DNA of 61,606 bases, the filler included, from Nitrospinota bacterium (GTDB lineage Bacteria > JAUXIQ01), in assembly GCA_030620925.1 (NCBI GenBank). It is 14 parts of 14 records of this genome, joined end to end, with 100 filler letters (N's around TTAATTAATTAA, not from the genome) between each part and the next. Parts side by side here need not be neighbours in the genome. Positions count along the whole stretch, not along the records: positions 21,424 to 24,737 come from JAUXIQ010000331.1; positions 24,838 to 30,724 come from JAUXIQ010000148.1; positions 30,825 to 35,066 come from JAUXIQ010000240.1; 11 more parts are not named here. One strand, given 5' to 3'. A program made the translations under genes and the position numbers. Below, piece by piece: positions 22,604-32,675 of this stretch. The number at the start of each line of letters is the position of its first letter. Position 1 is the first letter of the stretch. Below the pieces are notes generated by a model that saw only the letters and a program-made list of their open reading frames with translations, was not told the origin of the DNA and did not search any database.

Positions 22604-23531
22604 AGTCCGTCCACCTCCCTTCCGCTTCTTCTATTTCCCACTGGCGCAATTTTTTCCTGGCCTGCACCCGCTTTCTTATATAACCGACCACCAGCAGCCA
22701 GGTAAAGAGGAACCAGAGGGCTGAGATGCTGGTCCCGATGGGAATCCAGGAATAGGTCACGCGCACTTTCTTGTGCCATCTTGTTTCCAACTGCCTCATG
22801 GTCATGCCATAGGTTAGTTTCAACGCGTAGTTAAGGTTTTTATGCTCCCTCAGTCGTCTGATGAAAAGGATGAAATCCTCCCGGCCGTATTTATCCAGCA
22901 AGTAGGAAACCATGCTTATACTCTGTAGATAAGCGATTCGGACCTCCTGCTCTTTCTCCGGGAAACCGCTGGTCAGCTCCTCAAAGGGGTAGAAGGAGTC
23001 GGTAACCGAAACCCACATCATGGTGGTGGTTTCCCCCAGCCCCCATTCACCCGCCTCGTACATGGCGAAGCCTTCATTGAGCCAGCGCGGAATTACGAAT
23101 CTTCCTCCCACGGCCCTTCCCAGCAGCACGTGAGACACCTCGTGAGCCGCCGTCTTCACTATATCTTTCCTCTTCCCCCTCAACAGCCTCGGAGAGCGGA
23201 TGAGGATAAGATTTTTCCGGGAAAAAGCTGCAGCCGCGGCCCAGGGGGGTATATTGCTCCCCCGAGGTTGAAGGGTCATCATCCGGGCATGCGAGGGAAC
23301 GATGTAAACCTTCGTGGGAGGTATGTTTACCTCTCCGATATCCGATACTATCCTGCTTCTGATCCCTTCTAAATTCCGATGCAGCGTTTCGGCGTAATGA
23401 TCGTCCTGGGAAACGTAAAGTATCTTGAAGTGCGGAAGTGTTTTCTCCTTCCACTGCGCGGCAAGCACCATCGGCGGGAAGAAAAATAATAAGAGGAATG
23501 AAAGGACGGTTATACGGGAACCAGAGTTCAA
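22596..23531 (-). CDS. Peptidase MA-family (gluzincin-like) metallohydrolase
   Basis: Signal peptide, [14 protein letters not shown] and a C-terminal TM segment. Confidence 0.8.
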   Translation of the reverse strand: MNSGSRITVLSFLLLFFFPPMVLAAQWKEKTLPHFKILYVSQDDHYAETLHRNLEGIRSRIVSDIGEVNIPPTKVYIVPSHARMMTLQPRGSNIPPWAAAAAFSRKNLILIRSPRLLRGKRKDIVKTAAHEVSHVLLGRAVGGRFVIPRWLNEGFAMYEAGEWGLGETTTMMWVSVTDSFYPFEELTSGFPEKEQEVRIAYLQSISMVSYLLDKYGREDFILFIRRLREHKNLNYALKLTYGMTMRQLETRWHKKVRVTYSWIPIGTSISALWFLFTWLLVVGYIRKRVQARKKLRQWEIEEAEGRWTDFE

Positions 23532-24737
23532 TTTGCTCCGAGTTTCTCCTTCAGAATTTTGTTGGCCAGCCCGGGATTGGCCTTTCCGCCCGTGGCCTTC
23601 ATCACCTGGCCCACGAAAAAACCCAAAAGCTTATCCTTACCCCCTCGATAAGCCTCCGCTTCATCAGGATTCTGGGCGATGACGGTTTCCACTATACTTC
23701 CTAATTCTTCTTCGTCGCTTATCTGGACCAATCCCTTCTTCTTCACAATCTCCCGGGCATGTTCGCCGCTGCCGTACATCTCCTCGAAAACGGTCTTGGC
23801 TATCTTGCCGCTGATGACCCCCTCGTCCATGAGTTTCAGCATCTCCGCCAGATGCCGGGGAGTGATGGGGGCTTGATCGGCATCTATGCCCTGGTTGTTG
23901 AGCTCCCTCAGAAAGTCTCCCATCAGCCAGTTACTCACAACTTTAGGCTGAGGATAGAGCTCGATGCACCTTTCGAAGAAATCAGCCAGCGGTTTCGAGG
24001 CAGTGAGGACGGAAGCGTCGTAATCGGGAATATCGAATTCGCTGAGGAAGCGAGCCTTCTTCTGATCCCGCAACTCGGGGAGGGAAGCCCGCACCTCCTC
24101 TATCCATTGATCTGAAATTTCCGTCAGCACCAGATCAGGCTCCGGGAAGTAGCGGTAATCGTGCGCTTCCTCTTTGGAGCGCATGGGGTTTGTTACACTG
24201 TTGACGGCGTCCCACAGCCTTGTCTCCTGCACCACGCGCTCCCCCGCTTCCAGCAAGCCGGTCTGCCGTTCTATCTCGTATTCCAGGGCGTGCTGGACGT
24301 TGCGGAAGGAGTTCATGTTCTTTATTTCGGTTTTTACGCCCAACTCCCGGCTCCCTTCCGGCCGCAGCGATATGTTGGCGTCGCAGCGCAGGCTCCCTTC
24401 CTCCATGTTCCCATCGCACACTTCAAGGTACTGGAGCATGGACTTAAGCTCCGTGAGGTAAGCCCTGGCTTCCTCCGGGGAGCGCATAACCGGCTCGCTG
24501 ACGATCTCTATCAGGGGAACACCGCAGCGGTTGAAATCCAGGTAACTCCGGTCAGGGTCTTTGAGGTTCTCTCCGTGGATAAGTTTTCCGGCGTCCTCTT
24601 CCAGGTGTATGCGAGTTAAGCCTATGCGCTTGGCCTGGCCGTCCATCTCTATATCGATATGGCCTCCGGAAGCCAGCGGCTCGCTGTATTGAGATATCTG
24701 GTAGCCCTTGGGGAGGTCCGGATAAAAGTAGTTCTTC
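23528..24737 (-). CDS. gatB: Asp/Glu-tRNA amidotransferase subunit B (5'-truncated)
   Basis: [45 protein letters not shown]. Confidence 0.97.
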
Positions 24738-24837
24738 NNNNNNNNNNNNNNNNNNNNNNNNNNNNNNNNNNNNNNNNNNNNTTAATTAATTAANNNNNNN
24801 NNNNNNNNNNNNNNNNNNNNNNNNNNNNNNNNNNNNN

Positions 24838-25646
24838 GACTGAGGTTCAGGAAAAGGATAGGTCTGCTGGGTTCCGCCGTTTGCGACCATCCAAATATAA
24901 GATACATCTTCGAGGGAATAAACGAGATGGGGGGAGAGGTCTCCACATCGTCGCTGCAGATAGACAGCATAGACGAAGAGTTGGTGCCTCTTCTGTTGAA
25001 AGGAGGGAGAAAGTCTCTCACCCTGGCCCCAGAAGCGGGAACGGAAAGGCTGCGCAGGCTGGTCCGCAAGGGCATTGAGGACGAAAAAATACTCGAGACA
25101 GTCCGGTTGCTGTTCGCCGGTGGTCTGCTCAATCTCAGGCTGTACTTTCAGGTGGGGCTTCCCACGGAGACCGGCGAGGATGTGGAAGCCATCATCTCGA
25201 TGGCCAAAAGAATCAAGCATGTTATGGTATCCACCGCTGAGAAAACGGACCGCCTGGGTGACATAACACTCAGCATATCTCCCTTCGTTCCCAAACCGGG
25301 AACCCCCTTCCAATGGGAGGCCATGGACGACATCCGCTCCCTGGATGGCAAGATAAAGCATATAAAAGGAACACTGGCGGGGGAAAGCAACGTCAATGTT
25401 ATCAACGATCTGCCGAAATATTCTTACATACAGGGGATACTGGCCAGGGGTGATAGGAAGGTGGGGGAACTGCTCTCGAAAACACTGGAGTGCAAGGGCG
25501 ACTGGATGGCCGCCCTCAAAATGATTAACCTCAATCCCGATTTCTACGTGTGCAGGAAGCGCGACGGCGACGAAACCTTTCCCTGGGATCACATAAATAC
25601 CGGCCTGCCGAAAGATCACCTGAGAAACATCCACAAACCCGACTAG
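24838..25646 (+). CDS. Radical SAM protein, C-terminal part (5'-truncated)
   Basis: SLTLAPEAGTERLR, YFQVGLPTET, FVPKPGTPFQW, FPWDHINTG; the CxxxCxxC motif is not in the fragment. Confidence 0.75.
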
Positions 25647-25666
25647 CGAACGGAAGACCGAGAGCG

Positions 25667-26446
25667 ATGCACGACCAGTATAAGATAAACGATGCCGGAG
25701 ACGTAGCCTACATCACACTGAATACCCTGGAAGATTTGCAGGGCATCCGCCACGGTTTCAGCGTAAAGGAGAATGAAAAAAAATCGGACGCCGAACCCCT
25801 CAACTTCGTCTCACCTCTGGACCGCAGGCGGTTCATGAAAGAACTGGGGCTCCCCTCCACCGATCCGGCAATGGTGCGCCAGATACACAGCGACCGCGTA
25901 CTCACCATCGACAAAGATACAGACCCCTCCCTGCTCAATAAATCTATCAAAGCGGACGCCATGATCACCAGAGTCAAGGGGATTCCCATGGCCCTCCTTA
26001 CAGCGGACTGCCTGCCGCTTCTGCTGGTTAACCGGGAAGCAGGGGCGGCAGGGATAGCGCACGCTGGACGAAGGGGCACCCGGCAGGGTATAGCGGCAAA
26101 GACCGTGCAAACTATGCGGGAGGAGTTCGGCGCCCGCCCTGAAAGCACTCTGGCGGCATTCGGGCCCGCAATAGGGCCCTGCTGCTACGAGGTGGGAGGA
26201 GATGTCGCCGATGGGTTCAGCAGGAAATACGAGTGGTGGGAAAAGATTCTGAAACCGGGAAGAGACGGCAGGTTTTATCTCGACCTTTTCCTCGCCAACA
26301 GGATACAGCTAATGGAAGCAGGTATTGAAGAGGGGAATATTATTGAACCGGGGCTGTGCACTTCCTGCCAGAGCTCCCTCCTCTATTCTTATCGCGGGGA
26401 GGGGGGAATAAAAGGACATATCCTGAGTTTCATCATGCTCGATTGA
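25667..26446 (+). CDS. pgeF: Peptidoglycan editing factor / YfiH-type nucleoside phosphorylase
   Basis: QIHS, ADAMIT, TADCLP, AHAGRRG, GPAIGPCCYEVG, YSYR. Confidence 0.9.
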   Translation: MHDQYKINDAGDVAYITLNTLEDLQGIRHGFSVKENEKKSDAEPLNFVSPLDRRRFMKELGLPSTDPAMVRQIHSDRVLTIDKDTDPSLLNKSIKADAMITRVKGIPMALLTADCLPLLLVNREAGAAGIAHAGRRGTRQGIAAKTVQTMREEFGARPESTLAAFGPAIGPCCYEVGGDVADGFSRKYEWWEKILKPGRDGRFYLDLFLANRIQLMEAGIEEGNIIEPGLCTSCQSSLLYSYRGEGGIKGHILSFIMLD

Positions 26447-26616
26447 CGGATATATATCCCATCGGTGGAAACGAACCGCATTTACGAGGCTTAAACTCCC
26501 AGCAGCTGTCTATCGGCTTATCAGGGCGCTTTCACGGCGTGAGCCCGCCCCAGTTTAGTCTTGTCTGAGTTGGGCAAAACTGTTACTATCTTTCTTATAA
26601 CATAGAATCGCGAACC

Positions 26617-27315
26617 ATGCCTGTGACAGAAATAGAGAAAAACCTTAAGGAAGTCAGAGAACGGATGGCCAGGGCCGCGGAACGCGCGGCGAGGGACCCG
26701 GCCGAAGTTGAGTTGGTGGCCGTCACCAAAACCTTAGACGTACCTACGATCCGTGAAGCCATTCAGGCCGGCCATAGGCTCTTCGGGGAGAACAGAGTCC
26801 AGGAAGCCAGGGGTAAAATAGAGGCGCTGGGCGAAGAAGCCCGGTGGCACATGGTGGGCCATCTACAGACGAACAAAGCCAAGGAGGCTATAAGGCTTTT
26901 CGAGCTAATCCATTCCGTGGACAGTCTGCGGCTCGCCGAAGAGCTCGACAAGCGCTGCCGGCAGGAGGGGACCACCATGGATATACTGGTGCAGGTAAAT
27001 ATCTCCGGCGAGCAGACCAAACACGGCGCAGAGGCTGCAGAGGTTATAGACCTGGTGGAGAAGATTTCGGCTCTGCAGTACTTGAAAATAAATGGGCTAA
27101 TGTCTATTCCGTCCTTCTCCCCCGTGCCGGACCACTCACGCCCCTACTTCCGCCAACTCAGAGAAATAAGCAGGAAAATCGCCGATATGGGGATTGAGGG
27201 GGTCTCCATGGAAGTACTCTCCATGGGCATGACCGGCGACTTCGAGGTGGCCGTAGAGGAGGGGGCTACCATGGTGCGCGTGGGGACCGCCATTTTCGGT
27301 CCCAGGGGAAATTGA
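26617..27315 (+). CDS. yggS: PLP homeostasis protein (YggS family)
   Basis: LVAVTK, FGENRVQE, WHMVGHLQTNK, LSMGMT, VRVGTAIFG. Confidence 0.95.
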   Translation: MPVTEIEKNLKEVRERMARAAERAARDPAEVELVAVTKTLDVPTIREAIQAGHRLFGENRVQEARGKIEALGEEARWHMVGHLQTNKAKEAIRLFELIHSVDSLRLAEELDKRCRQEGTTMDILVQVNISGEQTKHGAEAAEVIDLVEKISALQYLKINGLMSIPSFSPVPDHSRPYFRQLREISRKIADMGIEGVSMEVLSMGMTGDFEVAVEEGATMVRVGTAIFGPRGN

Positions 27316-27346
27316 CCGCACCACATATTTTTTACGGAGAAATAGA

Positions 27347-28162
27347 TTGATCAAAGGCAAGAAGATAGCTTTCATCGGGGCGGGTAATATGGGGCAGGCG
27401 CTGATCCGCGGTATCCTGAGCGCTTCCCTGGTCGATCCGGGAAATATAACCGCCGCCGATACGGATGCCGAGAAGCTGCAGCAGCTCAACAAGGAGTATG
27501 GAATAGCCACCACGCAGGATAACTCCGATGCGGTATCCTCTTCCGAGGTGATCGTCCTCTCGGTAAAGCCGCAGGTTATGGAGTCAGTCTTGCGCGGCGT
27601 CTCCCCTGTAGTCGACGACTCGAAGCTCGTCCTCTCAATAGCTGCAGGGACCACCATAGAATCTATAAAATCGCAACTCAAAAACGGACCCAGGATCATC
27701 AGGATCATGCCGAATACACCCGCCCTGGTGGGGGAAGGCGCGGCGGCACTGGCCCCGGGCGGCAACGCTACTGAAGAAGACGTAAATCTCGCCCTGGAAG
27801 TATTTTCCTCGGTGGGAAGGGCTATAATAGTTGAAGAAAAGATGATGGACGCTATCACGGGGCTCAGCGGCAGCGGCCCGGCCTATGTATTCCTTTTCAT
27901 AGAGGCGCTTTCCGACGGGGGCGTAAAGATGGGGCTGCCCAGGGACGTCTCACTTCTGCTAGCCGCCCAGACGGTCCTGGGAGCGGCTCGCATGGTGCTG
28001 GAATTGGGCAAGCATCCGGGGGAGCTCAAAGACATGGTTACCTCCCCGGGGGGCACCACCATTGAAGGGGTTCACGCCCTGGAGCATGGAGCACTGCGAT
28101 CAATCACCATTGATGCGGTAGAAGCCGCCACGCTGCGCTCGCAGGAATTGGGGAAGGCTTAA
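27347..28162 (+). CDS. proC: Pyrroline-5-carboxylate reductase
   Basis: FIGAGNMG, RIMPNTP, SGSGPAY, VTSPGGTT. Confidence 0.96.
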   Translation: MIKGKKIAFIGAGNMGQALIRGILSASLVDPGNITAADTDAEKLQQLNKEYGIATTQDNSDAVSSSEVIVLSVKPQVMESVLRGVSPVVDDSKLVLSIAAGTTIESIKSQLKNGPRIIRIMPNTPALVGEGAAALAPGGNATEEDVNLALEVFSSVGRAIIVEEKMMDAITGLSGSGPAYVFLFIEALSDGGVKMGLPRDVSLLLAAQTVLGAARMVLELGKHPGELKDMVTSPGGTTIEGVHALEHGALRSITIDAVEAATLRSQELGKA

Positions 28163-28194
28163 AGAAAGGAATACTCCTTAAGAGGGAGACGACA

Positions 28195-28497
28195 TTGTTC
28201 GTCTTGGGCAACTTTATCGGGGCCATCTCCAGCGTTTTGAATTTTGTGCTGACACTGTATATATTTCTCATTATCTGCAGGGCAATAGTATCATGGATTA
28301 ATCTCAACCCATACCACTCGCTGGTAGAGGTTCTGCATAAAATTACCGAACCTGTACTGGCGCCTGTAAGAAGGAGGATAAACTTACGCTTGCCTATAGA
28401 TATATCTCCCATAGTGGTTATAGTAATTATAATTTTTCTTCAGGGTTTCGTAGTCAGTTCACTGAGAGATCTCTCGGAGAGGCTCAGGATTCCCTGA
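28195..28497 (+). CDS. yggT: YggT family membrane protein
   Basis: SW, ITEPVLAPVRR, IDISPIV; conserved position after proC. Confidence 0.9.
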   Translation: MFVLGNFIGAISSVLNFVLTLYIFLIICRAIVSWINLNPYHSLVEVLHKITEPVLAPVRRRINLRLPIDISPIVVIVIIIFLQGFVVSSLRDLSERLRIP

Positions 28498-28578
28498 TGA
28501 ATTGGGCACCAAGTGAGGGGAAAAAACTGGTCAGGGGCGGCCACCACGCACGGCGTAAAAAGGAGCGGAGGTGAAAAA

Positions 28579-29052
28579 ATGAGAATTACTCCCCTGGATT
28601 TCCGGCAGAAAGAGTTTAAAAAGTCTTTCAGTGGTTACAATATGAATGAGGTGCAGGATTTCCTCCTGGAGTTCGCCTCTGAATATGAGAACCTGATCAA
28701 CGAGTTCAATATTATAAAAGAGGAAAAAGAGCAGCTTCTGACGGAACTCAACAACTATCGCGCCTTCGACCAGAAGCTGAAAGAGACCCTGCTTGCCGCT
28801 CAGCAGATGAGCGAAGACCTCAAGGTGGCCGCAGACAGGGAAGCCCAGCTGGTCATAAAGGACGCCAAGCTCCAGGCTGAAGAGATTAATCGCAAAACCC
28901 ACACGACCATTGAAAAGCTGGAGAAAGAAATAGAGGACCTCAAAAGCCTTAAGAAAACTTTCAAGACCCAGCTGACGTCTCTTGTGGAGAGCCATCTGAA
29001 AATGATGGAAAACAGCGCTCCTGAAGAAGTAGAGCAGGAAGAGCGCGAATAA
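28579..29052 (+). CDS. divIVA: DivIVA domain protein
   Basis: MRITPLDFRQKEFKKSFSGYNMNEVQDFL followed by coiled coil; GGAGGT RBS. Confidence 0.88.
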   Translation: MRITPLDFRQKEFKKSFSGYNMNEVQDFLLEFASEYENLINEFNIIKEEKEQLLTELNNYRAFDQKLKETLLAAQQMSEDLKVAADREAQLVIKDAKLQAEEINRKTHTTIEKLEKEIEDLKSLKKTFKTQLTSLVESHLKMMENSAPEEVEQEERE

Positions 29053-29096
29053 TTCCAATCGGCGAAAAAGAACAATTATAGATAGCTCATATATCC

Positions 29097-29393
29097 ATGC
29101 TGGACACGAAGAAGGTTCCGGGAGGGATCAAATTCAGGGTAAGGGTGCAGCCGAGGGCCTCGCGGGCGGAAATATCCCGGGTGGAAGAGGGTGCCCTCAA
29201 GCTTAAGCTCACAGCCCCTCCACTGAAAGGCGCGGCAAATGAGCAGTGCTTGAAACTGCTGTCGAAAGCTCTGGGCGTTAGCAGGTCGGACCTTTCAATA
29301 ACCGGCGGGGATAAATCCCGGAGCAAATGGATAGAAGTTAAAGGCCTGGACGAATCGTCCCTGAAACGATTAATCGCTCGAATAACAGAATAA
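29097..29393 (+). CDS. DUF167 (YggU) family protein
   Basis: [24 protein letters not shown]. Confidence 0.9.
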   Translation: MLDTKKVPGGIKFRVRVQPRASRAEISRVEEGALKLKLTAPPLKGAANEQCLKLLSKALGVSRSDLSITGGDKSRSKWIEVKGLDESSLKRLIARITE

Positions 29394-29437
29394 ATACCCC
29401 CCTTATCCATCTTCTCCCGCAACAGCAGGAAGACAAA

Positions 29438-30505
29438 ATGATCAAACCCATACAGTTCCTGGATAGCGGCGTGCTCCTCCTGGATCAGACCAGGCTACCG
29501 GGCGAAGAAGTCTACGTAGATATCAAAGACCACCTGGCAATGGCCGAAGCCATAAAATCCATGGTGGTGCGCGGTGCTCCCGCCATAGGAGTGGCCGCCG
29601 CAGGAGGCATATCCCTTGGCGCCGCCGCAATAAGAGCCGACAGCTTCGAAGCGTTTTACAGTGAGCTGGAAGAAATCTGCGCGATAATGGGGAACACCCG
29701 GCCCACCGCAGTCAACCTTTTCTGGGCCATAGAGCGCATGAAAAGGGTCGCTGCTGAGAACCGCTCGCTGGAAGTGGACAAGATAAAAAAGCTCCTGGAA
29801 GCCGAGGCCAGGCGGATGCTGGAAGAAGACATCCAGCACAATAAAGACATGGGGGCTTTTGGCCAAGGGTTCATCTCGGACGGGGATACCGTTCTCACCC
29901 ACTGCAACGCCGGCGCCCTGGCCACTGCGGGTTTCGGCACCGCCCTGGGGGTGATCAGGGCCGCGCATCTGAAGGGGAAGCGCGTAAAAGTCATAGCCGA
30001 TGAAACGCGCCCGTTCCTCCAGGGAGCCAGGCTCACTGCCTGGGAGCTGGACACGGACGGCATCCAGGTAACCGTCATTTCAGACAACATGGCCGGTTAT
30101 TGCATGAGCAAGGGAATGGTGAACCTGGTTCTCGTAGGGGCGGACAGAATAGCCGCCAACGGGGATGTGGCAAACAAAATCGGAACCTATCCCCTCGCCC
30201 TGCTGGCCAAAGAACACGGCCTCCCTTTTTACGTCGCCGCCCCCACCTCCACGCTCGACCTGTCCACCACCACAGGTGACGATATACCCATCGAAGAGAG
30301 AGACCGAACCGAGATCACCCACTTTCAGGGACAGCTTGTGACTCCCGAAGGCGTCGATGTCTTCAATCCCGCTTTCGACGTAACCCCCAACCATCTGGTG
30401 CACGCCATCATAACCGAAAGGGGCGTGGCCAAAGCGCCCTACGAGAAGAGCCTGCAGAAAATATCGATCGAGGACCGAAAGGAAGCGACCACAAAGAGCA
30501 ACTGA
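29438..30505 (+). CDS. mtnA: S-methyl-5-thioribose-1-phosphate isomerase
   Basis: [45 protein letters not shown]. Confidence 0.95.
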   Translation: MIKPIQFLDSGVLLLDQTRLPGEEVYVDIKDHLAMAEAIKSMVVRGAPAIGVAAAGGISLGAAAIRADSFEAFYSELEEICAIMGNTRPTAVNLFWAIERMKRVAAENRSLEVDKIKKLLEAEARRMLEEDIQHNKDMGAFGQGFISDGDTVLTHCNAGALATAGFGTALGVIRAAHLKGKRVKVIADETRPFLQGARLTAWELDTDGIQVTVISDNMAGYCMSKGMVNLVLVGADRIAANGDVANKIGTYPLALLAKEHGLPFYVAAPTSTLDLSTTTGDDIPIEERDRTEITHFQGQLVTPEGVDVFNPAFDVTPNHLVHAIITERGVAKAPYEKSLQKISIEDRKEATTKSN

Positions 30506-30648
30506 TCGCCGGAAGTCTATTCCCCCTGAATCTTATGGACATATGAGACTCCCCCTTGTAAAATAGTCACCATTGGCACCAAATAGACACCAGATGAATA
30601 TAAAAAGGGTAGTCAAACAGACGTGAAGTTTTACTAGTAGCGGAACGT

Positions 30649-30724
30649 GGGCGGGTAACTCAGTGGTTAGAGTGTCGGCCTTACAAGCCGAAAGTCGCAG
30701 GTTCGAATCCTGCTCCGCCCACCA
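30649..30724 (+). tRNA. tRNA-Val (anticodon TAC)
   Basis: 76-nt cloverleaf: GGGCGGG/TCCGCCC acceptor stem, ACTC/GAGT D arm, TCGGC-CTTACAA-GCCGA anticodon arm, GCAGG-TTCGAAT-CCTGC T arm, encoded CCA; not covered by the ORF track. Confidence 0.97.
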
Positions 30725-30972
30725 NNNNNNNNNNNNNNNNNNNNNNNNNNNNNNNNNNNNNNNNNNNNTTAATTAATTAANNNNNNNNNNNNNNNNNNNN
30801 NNNNNNNNNNNNNNNNNNNNNNNNCGCGGGAATAAACACGGATGGAATTTGAGCCTTGGTGCCTTGGTGGTTAAGTATCTATGTTCATCAGCGGAACGTC
30901 ACGCGGCAGGCGTGATGTTCATCCGTGGTTGCATTTAATAAGCTCTGGAGCATGTTAGAATTTGTAGCTGCG

Positions 30973-31001
30973 CTTACATTATACAGGCCGGAAAGTATTA
31001 T
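30973..31001 (+). promoter_or_regulatory. Candidate promoter for the small CU ORF
   Basis: CTTACA-N17-TATTAT in an AT-rich stretch. Confidence 0.35.
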
Positions 31002-31055
31002 ATTAAGATGAACAGGTGTAATAAATACTTGAAAAATGAAGGGAGAATCGGATAG

Positions 31056-31208
31056 ATGAACGAGCAAGAAGAAAGAGAAGTTTATACCGACGAGAAGTTC
31101 GAGCCCTGCTGACCCAGCGTCATGGTCGTTTCCCTGGTGGGGAAACTGTTTATTTTCCTGGGCAAGAAGGTCGGCTCGCTTTTTAAACGGTTGGCTTATT
31201 CCAAGTAG
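31056..31208 (+). CDS. Candidate 50-aa selenoprotein with a CU motif (unknown family)
   Basis: AAGGGAG RBS 10 nt before the ATG. Translation MNEQEEREVYTDEKFEPC-U-PSVMVVSLVGKLFIFLGKKVGSLFKRLAYSK*. TGC-TGA at 31107-31112 is followed by the perfect hairpin GTTTCCC-TGGTG-GGGAAAC. Confidence 0.55.
31128..31146 (+). promoter_or_regulatory. Candidate bacterial SECIS hairpin
   Basis: 7-bp perfect stem starting 15 nt after the UGA, with a GGT-containing apical loop. Confidence 0.55.
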
Positions 31209-31378
31209 GGGCGGGTTTCATTAATACGCCGCGAAGAAAATGTTTTACGTGCTCGGACGATTTCAGGCAAACCGTGGTGTTTATCAATCATAGGGGCAGT
31301 CCCGCGTGTGGCGGGATCAAACCTGCCTTTTATGATAATAGGCATTTTCAAAGGGCGGGTTTTAAACCCGCCCCTACG
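31205..31378 (-). mobile_element. Relic of a REP-associated tyrosine transposase (RAYT, IS200/IS605 Y1 family) between REP palindromes
   Basis: Minus strand 31291-31217 encodes MIDKHHGLPEIVRARKTFSSRRINE, matching the RAYT segment LxEIVRxFKxFSxRRIN; flanked by GGGCGGGTTT(T)AAACCCGCCCCTAC-type REPs. Confidence 0.65.
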
Positions 31379-31454
31379 AGAGCCAACGGTTTCGTCAAGT
31401 CCTGTAGTCCCGCGATGCGCGGGATTACCACCCATGACGTATCAACCATATCCA

Positions 31455-32477
31455 CTATGGTTTCCTGGCCCATACCATCCCAAATTGTTCGGGAATTAAT
31501 TCCCTGGAGCCCTGCACCTGGAAGCCGGCTCCGGCAAGGTAATCAGAGACCTCTGCTATAGAATGGGTGCGTGCATCATCGGAGTAAAATTTCTGAATCA
31601 GGGCGTATAGTGATGGAATAAGTGGGCCACTGCGATCATCATTGAGCATCTGGTCTATGACGATCATTCCTCCGCCGGAAGGAAGAGCGTCAAAAGCTTT
31701 CTTGAATAGTTGTTTTGCCTTATCAGAGCCGTATGCGTGCATGTTGCCCGCATTGAGGATTACGTCCGCTCCTTCAGGGAAGGTGTCTTTATGTAAATCA
31801 CCGTCATAGGTTGAGATGCGGTCGCTCAATCCCTCCTTCTCAATGAATTCCCCGGCCACTTCGGTAACCAAAGGAAAATCGAACACGATGGCTTTGAGGT
31901 CAGGATACTTCTGAGCAGCAGCGATGCAGTATGCGCCTGAGCCGCCGCCCAGGTCGAGTAGCAGCGAATGGTGTGAGAAATCGTAGAGCTTGGCCAGCAA
32001 CCTCCCAACCGCGATGGAGCCGGTGTATCCCGCTTCGGTTAGAGCTCTGGCCTCCTTGGGGTCAGAGGAAAAATGATAGTACATACCCTCGATGTCTGAG
32101 CGGACCTTTCCTCTGAAGATGTCTGTAAGCTCACCCGCCATAGAATAAGCTTTGTTGAACACGTCTATGAGATAGTCACCGAAATAGCTTGGCTTACCCT
32201 TTACCATATACTTTTCCGTCTCCTCGGTGTTCCTGAACAGATTTCCATCCCTCTCCACCAGGTCAAGCGCCAGACAGCAGGTCATTAAATCCTCCGCTCC
32301 ATTCTCCGTTATTCCCATGCGTTTGGTAATATCCGATAAATTGGCCGGTTCCTTTGATAATTCCGTGAACAGTTCAAATTCCAATGCCGCTTTCAGCACC
32401 GCTGATAAATAAAAGCCGTGACCGATCTCGTTTAACCTCCTGGTATCAACTCTGCGTTCACTTGTTTTTTCACTCAT
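31455..32477 (-). CDS. SAM-dependent methyltransferase (O-methyltransferase family 2, with dimerisation domain)
   Basis: LLDLGGGSG, FDFP, GDL, N-terminal LKAALEFELF dimerisation helix. Confidence 0.9.
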   Translation of the reverse strand: MSEKTSERRVDTRRLNEIGHGFYLSAVLKAALEFELFTELSKEPANLSDITKRMGITENGAEDLMTCCLALDLVERDGNLFRNTEETEKYMVKGKPSYFGDYLIDVFNKAYSMAGELTDIFRGKVRSDIEGMYYHFSSDPKEARALTEAGYTGSIAVGRLLAKLYDFSHHSLLLDLGGGSGAYCIAAAQKYPDLKAIVFDFPLVTEVAGEFIEKEGLSDRISTYDGDLHKDTFPEGADVILNAGNMHAYGSDKAKQLFKKAFDALPSGGGMIVIDQMLNDDRSGPLIPSLYALIQKFYSDDARTHSIAEVSDYLAGAGFQVQGSRELIPEQFGMVWARKP

Positions 32478-32675
32478 GATTTCCCCCCTCTTCAGGTCGG
32501 TTCAAGATCTTTATAGCTAATCAGTTGAGCGAAATTATAAACCCATGTTTTTTAATGTCAAGTCGTAAAAAAGTCGATTTTACCCTTCGGTGAATGACGC
32601 TATGAAGTGGGTCGTTCAACTGCCGAAGAGTTCGCCCATGCGGATAAGGAGGTTTACGCCTCCATTATGGAATTG

